Part shown: positions 43,901 through 51,501 of the stretch, piece by piece
Numbering within the stretch: the stretch's first letter is position 1
How the letters are laid out: every line of letters starts with the position of its first letter
IMG/VR virus record: IMGVR_UViG_3300032053_012801
DNA from: a virus
Length of the DNA stretch: 64,000 bases
Reading direction: 5' to 3' (one strand)
Program-made: the position numbers and the translations under genes
Notes under the pieces: model-generated
Database searches by the model: none
Seen by the model: only the letters and a program-made list of their open reading frames with translations
What the model was told of the DNA's origin: nothing

Positions 43901-44351
43901 TTCACAAGGAAGTTGGTTCAATAACTGTTTCTATCGTACAACATTTGTCAAAGACATGCTAAATAAGCATAACCGACCTGTAGTATGGGTAGATTGTGAT
44001 GCCATAATACAGCAAGATCCGCAACTTCTATCTACATTAAATGAGTTTGATTTCGCATTTCATCCAAGAATTAAATCAAATGGTAGTACTGAACTTCTTG
44101 GTGGCACTATGTATTTCAACTGTACTATCGGTGCACTAAAATTGTTAGCTAAATGGACTGAATTAGTAAATGCAGATAGAACGAAATACAGACTCGATCA
44201 ATCTTATTTGCATGAGGCAGTCAGCACATTACATTCATTGAAAGTATTTCATTTGCCATCCACTTATTGCCAAATATTTGACTTAATGAAAGATGCTGGC
44301 AAACCTGTTATAGAGCATTTTCAAGCATCAAGAAAATACAAAAATGAATAG
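40965..44351 (+). CDS. 1128-aa multidomain enzyme: GT2-like N-terminal domain + radical SAM/SPASM core + GT4-like domain + 9-aa tandem-repeat linker + C-terminal nucleotide-sugar-transferase-like domain
   Basis: The N-terminus reads FVISSGHNPCYDACLQSLNSQT (GT-A/GT2-like). Around 250-330 it reads YLTSKCNFNCRFCYRN (CxxxCxxC), GYGEPF and ITNGS. Around 465-540 it reads C.C...C(x5)C...C..C (SPASM-like twin-cluster Cys). Around 740-790 it reads VLEAMSCGLPVVSTRVGC (GT4 E-x7-E region). Around 905-930 it reads IAKIECVPDIAKVECADDIAKVECAP. The C-terminus reads VWVDCDAII (DxD-like). Confidence 0.6.
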   Translation: MSVFLSDLTVFVISSGHNPCYDACLQSLNSQTVSFKVEIIKNVHPMSRAFQCMIDSCKTRYYIEIDEDMVMNANGIETLHKYAVESAPMTAMIACKLIDVHLNFEIYGVKIYKHDILKRYPYDLSSMSCEVEQMDRMKNDKYEITLMTNVVGQHAPYWSNEGIFDRYRNLLDKFKQFKYIWMSDLPVKLWSMLKAEPTEQNLYALLGAYTSLITDAVQVGEKDFRNRNTSFETMRSFMNPPVSANLYLTSKCNFNCRFCYRNSQSIEQSIDMTLKNVSDLLIKHPSIRGVCCAGYGEPFLCDSLFDIISFLKSRNKVVGLITNGSLIVEKINSLLANRPDYISISLNASNAKMHNEINKSLIFNTVLQGIGLCVSNGLPTYCSYVCTKSNLRYIPEFLTLVNSLGVKTVHLLNLLPHLASDYNDESFWQEVLTYDDKHKIDALQDLPEANLIKVFPTLINRNEVRCNCQIPWTTIGINGNGSVTFCGSVYAPNRANGSLKNFENVWLNDSARKLRDSLCDVNKMTDTCKMCFRNWDEYKPLTKQIVTQSKPVPKKLRICKIIDQFGWAYYFVAKEQQLYSSHDITYKRLIDVTDIDADIVYIHAPNIDHAKINSLVSVLKQKGIKVIGGYGGESKLKYDTDPDLIVSISMRHLDCLNNMYPNKSVAFLPESIDTNFFTAAVKDDNNFIVGWAGCLRDVKRPHLLNKLKFNVIKKSDWGKQFFSDGRSLNDMKLFYHSIDVLVLTSISECMPRVVLEAMSCGLPVVSTRVGCIGMLLDKEWIVSTLPEENVISEMNNRLSLLSNSKSLRQEVGKRNRQYILKFFSWAANQSLWDKAFELIMQNKFKDIKNLGDEFIQSLPNSNELTFDNLEVQTEQTTFSELIQCELAKPVTKPQIQIEHEPLKLQPISNIAKIECVPDIAKVECADDIAKVECAPVISRLVKPLFISYYTKNTGYENEYKKLEASLRRFNLDYEIVGINSQGSWFNNCFYRTTFVKDMLNKHNRPVVWVDCDAIIQQDPQLLSTLNEFDFAFHPRIKSNGSTELLGGTMYFNCTIGALKLLAKWTELVNADRTKYRLDQSYLHEAVSTLHSLKVFHLPSTYCQIFDLMKDAGKPVIEHFQASRKYKNE
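43691..43771 (+). repeat. 3 x 27-bp in-frame tandem repeat inside the 1128-aa ORF (encodes the DIAKVEC(A/V)P linker)
   Basis: catagcaaaaatcgaatgtgttcctga / catagcaaaagttgaatgtgctgatga / catagcaaaagtcgaatgcgctcctgt. Confidence 0.7.
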
Positions 44352-44976
44352 ATTAGTAATCATCGGCGGCGGATCAAGCATAAAAGGATTTGACTTAGCT
44401 AAGCTCAATCATGAGTTCACATTTGGTTTGAATTTCGTTTGCCACTATTACGATCCCACAGCACTAATCTGGATTGATCGAGATTTCTACTCTAAACATC
44501 AGCAAGTAATAAACAACCTCAAATGCGTTAAAATCACAAGAGACAGTCGTGATGTGCCAGCAGACGTATTCAAGCTATTATCAGCAAAAGAATATCATGG
44601 ACTAGACGGGTTGTCAAAAGGACTGTATCATCCGTATTTAGTTGGACTATTCTCATTATCGCTAGGTATAGCTTTGAAATTCAAAGAGATTTATCTGCTT
44701 GGATTTGATGGACGATTTGTTAATGATAAGAGTCACTTTCATGACATTGTACATCGCGGTACACAAGATGAAATGGTCTATATACGAGGCAATGCTAGAT
44801 TTGATGTCTATAAAGATTGTCCATCTAAAATCTACAATGTTTCACTAGATTCAGCGATTCATGCTTTCCCAAAGATTTCATACGAACAATTTTGTAAGAT
44901 AATTGATAACAATGAGATATACACTAGTCAAGAGGCAAAAAAATGGTTAGCGTCAAATCTTCGACAACAGACCTGA
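44344..44976 (+). CDS. DUF115/Maf-like protein (possible glycosyl- or nonulosonate-transferase accessory), last gene of the operon
   Basis: N-terminal MNRLVIIGGGSSIKGFDLAKL is a nucleotide-binding-like G-rich loop, as in the DUF115/MptE-like fold. The assignment is weak. Confidence 0.3.
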   Translation: MNRLVIIGGGSSIKGFDLAKLNHEFTFGLNFVCHYYDPTALIWIDRDFYSKHQQVINNLKCVKITRDSRDVPADVFKLLSAKEYHGLDGLSKGLYHPYLVGLFSLSLGIALKFKEIYLLGFDGRFVNDKSHFHDIVHRGTQDEMVYIRGNARFDVYKDCPSKIYNVSLDSAIHAFPKISYEQFCKIIDNNEIYTSQEAKKWLASNLRQQT

Positions 44977-45220
44977 CTATTATTTTTGCTATCGCTTACT
45001 AAAAACACTATTCACTCAACAAAGGACGTTTTTATGTAGCGCGCACATCTAATTGAATATAGTAGATTATAAAACTTTGAATTTAGGATTTATTAAAAAA
45101 ATGGCGCGCAAGGGTCGCTGTAATTAGCCCCTACACTTTTGCTTTCATTTTGAAAAATTGATCGCGCGCAATCGGTTCGGTAGCACCGACCAATTATTTA
45201 GAAATTAGACGTATTGAAAA

Positions 45221-45275
45221 GAACAGGGCCGGCGAGATTCCATCTCAAGTGGATTTTTGCCGGCCCTTTCTTTGT
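45221..45275. terminator. bidirectional rho-independent terminator between the convergent plus operon and the minus block
   Basis: aaagaac-AGGGCCGGC-gagattccatctcaagtggatttttgcc-GGCCCT-ttctttg. Confidence 0.5.
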
Positions 45276-45980
45276 CTAGTGAATTGCGTTCTTGTATACT
45301 GCTGGAAGATTGTCTTCGAGGCCACACTTATTACATGACATATTAAGTGTGTTTTGTAGCAGCTCATCGAATGAAGAATCAACAGTGCCGATCTTATAAC
45401 AAAATCTAGATTCACCAGTAACGACATTGCCATGAACATCAATTGATGGTGAACAAATTTTACCCTTTGTTCTCAAAAGCATTACTGCCTTTTGAAAGTC
45501 TCTCAGCGTTTTGCAAAAGCTTCTGAAGTTAAAACATAGTGGCGATGTGCGACCTGCAATCTCACTCAAATTTCTTGCTCGTCCAATGGGACTAAGAAGG
45601 TTGATTTTATCAGCAAATAGTACTCGAGGATGATCGATAGGTTCTACTTTCAGTGGATAATATTTTGGATCATTATAGACTTGAATAAGGACATTTGATG
45701 CTAGAATCATTTCTCGAGTCTTAAGATCAGACCAAAATAGTCCATTACTTAGAAGAACGGCATTCCAGTCTTTCAATTCATTCAAAAACTGTTGAATCTG
45801 CGGATGATCAGTCGGTTCACCGCCGCTTACCAGTATAATACGTTGACCAGAATATACACGCTCAATGAAATCAAGTGCTTTCTTGAAAGTTTCAAGAGAC
45901 ATGTGTTCGCCAACAGATTTTGCATCTTCCATGCAATGACTGCAGCCCATTTGGCATTGAGTTGTAATCTTCACTAGCAT
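45276..45980 (-). CDS. radical SAM protein (small, single-cluster; organic-radical-activase/QueE-like size)
   Basis: CQMGCSHC (CxxxCxxC) and ILVSGGEPT. 234 aa. Confidence 0.55.
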   Translation of the reverse strand: MLVKITTQCQMGCSHCMEDAKSVGEHMSLETFKKALDFIERVYSGQRIILVSGGEPTDHPQIQQFLNELKDWNAVLLSNGLFWSDLKTREMILASNVLIQVYNDPKYYPLKVEPIDHPRVLFADKINLLSPIGRARNLSEIAGRTSPLCFNFRSFCKTLRDFQKAVMLLRTKGKICSPSIDVHGNVVTGESRFCYKIGTVDSSFDELLQNTLNMSCNKCGLEDNLPAVYKNAIH

Positions 45981-46189
45981 TTTTTCACTCGATCACAGAA
46001 ATTCAAAAACTTTCTGAGAATATCTACACTTTGTTGACGCTTATTGTTTTCGTAATAAGATAGCAATGGTTCTGATTCATTGATAGCCTTTGCAACATCA
46101 GCCAATGTCAAACCCAATGATTGACGAATAGTCTTGATTTGCTGACCGATATTACCACGAATGTCAATCTGAACTGTCATACTTGCCAA
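45974..46189 (-). CDS. XRE-family helix-turn-helix protein
   Basis: IKTIRQSLGLTLADVAKAINESEPLLSYYEN: HTH_3-like. Confidence 0.5.
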   Translation of the reverse strand: MASMTVQIDIRGNIGQQIKTIRQSLGLTLADVAKAINESEPLLSYYENNKRQQSVDILRKFLNFCDRVKKC

Positions 46190-46779
46190 TCAAAACTAGA
46201 TGCGGGCGAATGATAAGTGATCTTTGGTCCTAACTTTATGACTTGACCAATATTCATTTTTGTCAAAATTAATGAATGAGTCGCAACTATGATTTGACAA
46301 TGTTTTGACTGTTCAATTAACACGTCACGAAGTTTCACTTGATTCCATGGCGAAATGCCGCTCTCCGGTTCATCAAGTAAAGACAAATGATTGTTGTCTT
46401 TTGGAATCTTCTTGATCATGTCTGTACAGATCATCAAACATTCACCGTGAGACATGAACAACATGTGAGCATCAAAAACTGTTTCTACTCTTGATCTTAC
46501 TCTTGGATTCATTTTTTCAGAATCAAAGTAGTAGCTTTGTAATTTCTCTTTTGCATTTGGATCTGAAAGATCTGTCTTAAATTGCAGGACATCATCACTT
46601 AATTTATTGCCTCCTAACGCCCGTAAAATAGTAGATTTGCCACTACCATTTTCACCAACTAAAAAGTTGATTCGACTGTCAAACTTGATGCATTTGCCAA
46701 TAAGTGATTCTACACGAGTACACGTTGTTATTGTAATACTATCTAGATGCATAATTGTTCTCCTGCCCGGCAATTCCAT
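46177..46779 (-). CDS. ABC-like ATPase (standalone Walker A/B nucleotide-binding protein)
   Basis: GENGSGKST (Walker A), LLDEPE (Walker B) and IVATHS (H-loop). Confidence 0.55.
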   Translation of the reverse strand: MELPGRRTIMHLDSITITTCTRVESLIGKCIKFDSRINFLVGENGSGKSTILRALGGNKLSDDVLQFKTDLSDPNAKEKLQSYYFDSEKMNPRVRSRVETVFDAHMLFMSHGECLMICTDMIKKIPKDNNHLSLLDEPESGISPWNQVKLRDVLIEQSKHCQIIVATHSLILTKMNIGQVIKLGPKITYHSPASSFDWQV

Positions 46780-47162
46780 ACCGCAACAGCCTCACGCACC
46801 GTTTTCCTTTGAATAACGAAATGACATACGACGCAACCAACGCCCGGTTTTGAATCATATGATGGACCAAGATCAAGGTGCGACCCCGAATAAATCTCTG
46901 CCGGATTCCCGCAAAACGGACAGCACAAAATATCGCTGGACAATTGTTTCTTTGAAATCGCGTCGCTATTAACATTCAAAACTTCATCAATAGTAACCGT
47001 AAATCCAATAGTACGTTCAATCTGTCGCAATCTCTTGATCAACTTCCTGCGAGGACATTCATCAACGCATTCACCGACACATGAGATCACTGGCGTGTCT
47101 TTGAGTTCTTTCGCTAACGCAATGATCTCGTTCTTTTCGTTTTGTGACAACTTATTCAGCAT
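46743..47162 (-). CDS. protein with C-terminal Lar-family restriction-alleviation-like zinc ribbon
   Basis: CCPFCGNPAEIY...GCVVCHFV...REAVAVWNCRAG parallels the Lar pattern (CPFCG...C..C...eAi.aWNrR). Confidence 0.45.
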   Translation of the reverse strand: MLNKLSQNEKNEIIALAKELKDTPVISCVGECVDECPRRKLIKRLRQIERTIGFTVTIDEVLNVNSDAISKKQLSSDILCCPFCGNPAEIYSGSHLDLGPSYDSKPGVGCVVCHFVIQRKTVREAVAVWNCRAGEQLCI

Positions 47163-47421
47163 CTACAGTATCCTGTGCTGTCTTTTTCTTTTGTGTCTTT
47201 TTGAATGGTGACACGTTTTTTGATTTCTGAGGAAGTGTATGTGGAACCACATTGTTACGCTTTGCACATGCTACGCACAAATCGTAACGAGTAGGATACT
47301 TAAAAAACTTCACACCTTCCTCATCTTCACGAAAAGGACCGGCTTGACATGATCCACACCAAGTGTTCTGTTTGGTTTTACCGTTTTCTTTGTAGAAATA
47401 TTTTCGAACTGGCATTGCCAC
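47152..47421 (-). CDS. hypothetical Cys-rich basic protein
   Basis: 89-aa ORF. Confidence 0.35.
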   Translation of the reverse strand: MAMPVRKYFYKENGKTKQNTWCGSCQAGPFREDEEGVKFFKYPTRYDLCVACAKRNNVVPHTLPQKSKNVSPFKKTQKKKTAQDTVDAE

Positions 47422-48006
47422 CTACTTTCTTAAGTTTCCTATTGTGTCAGCTGCCTTGTTGTTAGTTCGAGGCAACCATTTCACACGTACATTTTGACAA
47501 GTATTTACCATTGATTGGTTGTCATTGTAAACTGTCAGCAATGGATGCATTGATAAGCCAAGAACGACAGCTTCATATTCAGCAGCTGTATTGTTAGCAG
47601 CTTGAATTATTCGTGACTTAGCATCAATGTTATTGCCATCAACCAATATAGCTGCAATTTTTGCTTGACCATTTTTGAAACCAGCATCTGTGAATATAGC
47701 TGATCCAATTGTAGTAGCCCTTTTTTCACACTGGTTCATAAACTTGGCTACATCAAGCATCTCTTGCATTTTTTCAATACTAGTTTTGACTTGTGATCTA
47801 ACATTGTTCACAATGAAATTAAGATCGACATCTTCATGCGTTTTACGATCGCCTGCTGCCTTAAACTTGACATATCCTATCTTGCTAACCCAAATGTCGT
47901 GATAGCCTTTTGTTGCGTCTACTATTTGAATATGATATTGTGATCTAACAATAACGCGGTCACCAAAGACTTCTGCCAATTTGCAAACTAGTTTTGCTGC
48001 GTCCAT
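47422..48006 (-). CDS. RNase H-like domain protein
   Basis: The C-terminal half reads AIFTDAGF...NNTAAEYEAVVLGL...YNDNQSMV...NNKAADTIGN, the RNase HI carboxylate and helix pattern (D..E..D..D). Confidence 0.5.
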   Translation of the reverse strand: MDAAKLVCKLAEVFGDRVIVRSQYHIQIVDATKGYHDIWVSKIGYVKFKAAGDRKTHEDVDLNFIVNNVRSQVKTSIEKMQEMLDVAKFMNQCEKRATTIGSAIFTDAGFKNGQAKIAAILVDGNNIDAKSRIIQAANNTAAEYEAVVLGLSMHPLLTVYNDNQSMVNTCQNVRVKWLPRTNNKAADTIGNLRK

Positions 48007-48248
48007 TATTTGTTAATCTCTGTGAATATTTCACCGATAATTGCTGACAATCCGCAGTCTCTATCAACTACTATTGATCCTTTTTTATGTAACGGTTGAC
48101 GTTCATCAATGATGCCCACTGACGGCTCGTAATACTCATAATCATATTTTCGAAAGTTACCATTTGTACCACATGACAAATGACCTTTGTTTTGTGCGTG
48201 TAATATGCCGACAATACATCCATTGATGCGAATTTCTGCAGTAAACAT
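48006..48248 (-). CDS. hypothetical protein
   Basis: 80-aa ORF. Confidence 0.3.
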   Translation of the reverse strand: MFTAEIRINGCIVGILHAQNKGHLSCGTNGNFRKYDYEYYEPSVGIIDERQPLHKKGSIVVDRDCGLSAIIGEIFTEINK

Positions 48249-48258
48249 CTTGTGTGCC

Positions 48259-48645
48259 CTACAGTATTATTTCAGCATATCGAATCAACGCGTTAAAAAT
48301 CTCACTGTGACCTCCAGAATGACCATCTTCGACTGCCTGTGCCATAGCCTTGTCAGCTTTAGGATGACCCTTGAGACCTACAAATTCAATTGCGTCATCA
48401 CGAAATTTGTCAGGATTATCGTCATAAAATCCGGCAGATATGCGCTCCCAAATGTCAGATGAATTGTACTTTCGTTGTCTTTCTTTTTCGACACATACCG
48501 GACAAAAATCTTTTGATGACTCATTCCACCGACCAAGCATTGAATGCATTTGCCAACCTTGATCTTTTGCCTTGTCAATTTTGTCCACGACAATGCTAGC
48601 ACCGCACTTGCAACTGATCGTGTACACTTTGCTTTCTCGAATCAT
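48259..48645 (-). CDS. hypothetical zinc-ribbon protein
   Basis: 128-aa ORF with CKCG...CPVC. Confidence 0.35.
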   Translation of the reverse strand: MIRESKVYTISCKCGASIVVDKIDKAKDQGWQMHSMLGRWNESSKDFCPVCVEKERQRKYNSSDIWERISAGFYDDNPDKFRDDAIEFVGLKGHPKADKAMAQAVEDGHSGGHSEIFNALIRYAEIIL

Positions 48646-48962
48646 GTCATCCTCCTTATATCATCTCGCCATGGACAAGCTGAACTCCAAGTACAAACTG
48701 AATCAATCAGATATCTACAAGAATCTTTACACGTGCAGCACGGAGCTCGTTTTGTTATACCTTTGATTATAGTTAATCCTGTCTTTTGCCATAGATCTCG
48801 AGGGTCGATTGCTTTTTGTTTGCGAACTTGAAATGTAGACTGAGCATGTTCAATAGCTTTTTTAACTTGTTGTGAAGTCATACAGAAATACGTCGCACAG
48901 TACACCATCAAATCTTGACGACTAGTCCAATAGTATACTGTTTTTCGATTATCATTTATCAT
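48642..48962 (-). CDS. hypothetical Cys-rich protein
   Basis: 106-aa ORF. Confidence 0.35.
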   Translation of the reverse strand: MINDNRKTVYYWTSRQDLMVYCATYFCMTSQQVKKAIEHAQSTFQVRKQKAIDPRDLWQKTGLTIIKGITKRAPCCTCKDSCRYLIDSVCTWSSACPWRDDIRRMT

Positions 48963-50635
48963 TATGCCTCCAGTAAATCATTCTTTGTCAACCACGCTCT
49001 ACGACCAATCCACAATCCAAATGTCTTAGAATACTGAATCTGACTTTTTTCATGAGCATCTGACCCAATAGCAATTTTGATGCCCATATCCTTACATCTT
49101 CGTATGACATCTTCATCAGCATCTAGTCTATCTGGTTGACAATTAAACTCTATGGCGACGTTATGATTCCTGCACTCTTGCAGAATTGCTTCAACATTCA
49201 TGACATGACCAGGTCGTTGATTTATGAGTCGACCTGTTAGATGACCTATGATGTGGACTTTACCAGTGCGAATTGCTTTGCAATACATTTCTGTGACATC
49301 TTGCTTTGTATGAACGTGAATTGATGCAATTACAATGTCAAGTTGGTCGAGAATTTCATCTGAGTAATCGAGTGAACCATCAGATTTAATGTTAACTTCA
49401 CTCCCCATTAATATCTTAATGGTTGGATATTTCATCCTCAAGACTTCTATCTCGCCAATCTTCCGTTTAATATCGACTGCCAGTACTTTCGTAGAAATTA
49501 CTTGTGAATGATCTGTTATTGCTATGCCCTTTAGCCCTTGCCTTATCGCAGCTTGCACCATTTCTTCAATCGTTGATTTGCCGTCAGACCATGTTGAATG
49601 AGTATGAAAATCACACTCAATATCATCGGCCTTCAATAAATTCACTGCTGGTTGATCAATGCGATACTTTCCAAACTGAGAGACATCATCACGATGTTCT
49701 GGTGGTATGAAATTGAATCCAAGGGAATTGTAGATGCTAGTCTCAGTACCATCATCAAGACGGTCACCAGTTCGTTCGTCACCGAATCGTCTGTAAAGAC
49801 CGTACTGTGATAGAATTAATCCCTTTGATTTTGCAATTCTACGAAGCTCTTCATTATGATCTGCAGAACCTGTAAGATGCATAACACCAGACTCAAAAGT
49901 GTCTGCTTCAAAGATGTAGCAATCGATGCGAATACCCTTGACCCAAACTGATGCTTTTTTCTTACCAATATCTATAACTTTATCAACTATTGGTAAGGTT
50001 GCAAATCGCTGTAAAAAATCGCTATCGCTCGATACAACTGCAAAATCAATATCACCAATGGTTGACTTTGACCGTCTGAAAGAACCACAAAATTCAATCC
50101 TGTCACAAAACTCTCTCAGTTCACTATGAATTTGTACTATTAATTCCAAAGCTTCATCAAGACGAATTCTACCACGAGTTGTCTCAAGATATTCTATGCC
50201 TTGTTTGATGTTTTCGATCGTTTTGTCTTTGAAAACCTGTGCAAGTTTGCCATTCTCAATAGCAACTTTCAACTCAGCAATCATAGATATCCCGAGTGTC
50301 TCGTAGATTTTCAATGCCTTTTTCTCGCCAATTCCTTCAATTCTAAGCAACTCTTCGACTTTCTGAGAAGCGTTCAAGCACGCCTGATTATCTACGATAA
50401 ATTGAACTTTGCCAGTAGAGAGGAATTCTAGTATACTGTTCGCAATCTTAGGACCAATACCTTTGGTGGTCAAAAGATCCAATTCTGAGACCGGCGTAGG
50501 TAGGTTAGAAATGAATTTAGCAGCTTTTCTATAGGCACCGATTGAAAACTTGTTATCATTCTGGTGCTGCTTTATTTCAGCAATGTCGTAGAGAATCTTT
50601 GCAACGTCTTGGTTTATCATATTAGTAGTAATCAT
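48962..50635 (-). CDS. polX: family X DNA polymerase (Pol beta-like) with C-terminal PHP phosphoesterase domain
   Basis: N-terminal HhH motif (KGIGPKIANSILE) and nucleotidyltransferase GSFRR...DIDF. The C-terminal PHP domain reads DFHTHSTWSDG...HVH...IIGH. Confidence 0.8.
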   Translation of the reverse strand: MITTNMINQDVAKILYDIAEIKQHQNDNKFSIGAYRKAAKFISNLPTPVSELDLLTTKGIGPKIANSILEFLSTGKVQFIVDNQACLNASQKVEELLRIEGIGEKKALKIYETLGISMIAELKVAIENGKLAQVFKDKTIENIKQGIEYLETTRGRIRLDEALELIVQIHSELREFCDRIEFCGSFRRSKSTIGDIDFAVVSSDSDFLQRFATLPIVDKVIDIGKKKASVWVKGIRIDCYIFEADTFESGVMHLTGSADHNEELRRIAKSKGLILSQYGLYRRFGDERTGDRLDDGTETSIYNSLGFNFIPPEHRDDVSQFGKYRIDQPAVNLLKADDIECDFHTHSTWSDGKSTIEEMVQAAIRQGLKGIAITDHSQVISTKVLAVDIKRKIGEIEVLRMKYPTIKILMGSEVNIKSDGSLDYSDEILDQLDIVIASIHVHTKQDVTEMYCKAIRTGKVHIIGHLTGRLINQRPGHVMNVEAILQECRNHNVAIEFNCQPDRLDADEDVIRRCKDMGIKIAIGSDAHEKSQIQYSKTFGLWIGRRAWLTKNDLLEA

Positions 50636-50673
50636 GTCAAATTGCGTAGAAATAACAGAGAGTTAACTAATTT

Positions 50674-50844
50674 CTAAAAAAACAGCGAACGTTCAAAGCT
50701 TGGCTTTTGTTGTTGCTCATTAGCAGTAAGCCTAGAATATTTTCGAATATCAAGTATGAGCAGTAATTTCACTCGCTTTATCAACCGTTTAACAGTGCTT
50801 CTGGACATGCTAAATTCTCTACAGATTTCACGAACAGTTATCAT
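50674..50844 (-). CDS. small helix-turn-helix protein (56 aa, below the track cutoff)
   Basis: MITVREICREFSMSRSTVKRLIKRVKLL... is HTH-like. It sits immediately upstream of polX. Confidence 0.3.
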   Translation of the reverse strand: MITVREICREFSMSRSTVKRLIKRVKLLLILDIRKYSRLTANEQQQKPSFERSLFF

Positions 50845-51262
50845 GCTTCGCAAAAATAGTCTATGCGTTTATCGTTGACAATTGTCGATGCAGCATGTGA
50901 CATACTATTGTGAGCTGAACATCAGTCTCATTGTCGCCAAACGATGTTTTGCCATTTTACTGCTTCTATTTAGCGACGTCGAGTCATAGAAATTTACAAA
51001 TAGTAATTTTATTTTCATTTGTAAACTTTGACATGTTTTCATCGCTGAGTCTGCGTTCAAGTACAATTGTAGAATTTGTTGTAAATTTAATGTCAAATTG
51101 ACGCGTATAATACGTTGTCTTTCGCTGCCAGAGTCAATAAGGAGATTAGTTAAAGACAGAGTCATAGAGATTTATAGCGTGACAAAGCGCTATAATTCGT
51201 CCTCGATTTCGGCCAGGATCAGTAGCTTTGAAACCGATTCAGATTCAATAATCGCTTCTCGA

Positions 51263-51300
51263 ACAGGAAAAAGGGCCGGAGTGTTTCTACTACCAGCCCT
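51263..51300 (-). terminator. candidate rho-independent terminator for the flotillin/NfeD unit
   Basis: On the minus strand: AGGGC-(19-nt loop)-GCCCT followed by TTTTTCC. Confidence 0.35.
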
Positions 51301-51317
51301 TCCCTTCTCTCAACTAC

Positions 51318-51500
51318 TTATTCGCGATCGATAGACTTGATTATTTCTTCAAGATATTTGTCATTGCCTGTTCTTTGTGCTGATTCTACTTTGTACTTAA
51401 TATCTTGAATGAAACTTTCTAACCGTTCTATCGCGACTGTTGCACCAGTAGGCCAAGACATCCATGCACTTTTACCTACTTCATCTTGTACTGTCTTCAT
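51318..51500 (-). CDS. hypothetical small protein
   Basis: 60-aa ORF directly downstream of the flotillin gene. Confidence 0.3.
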   Translation of the reverse strand: MKTVQDEVGKSAWMSWPTGATVAIERLESFIQDIKYKVESAQRTGNDKYLEEIIKSIDRE

Positions 51501-51501
51501 A

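Noticed and set aside
51098-51334. Plus-strand ORF 51098..51334 in the large intergenic region
   Set aside because: There is no RBS, it overlaps the predicted minus-strand terminator, and it encodes a low-complexity Ser/Ile/Arg-rich peptide.
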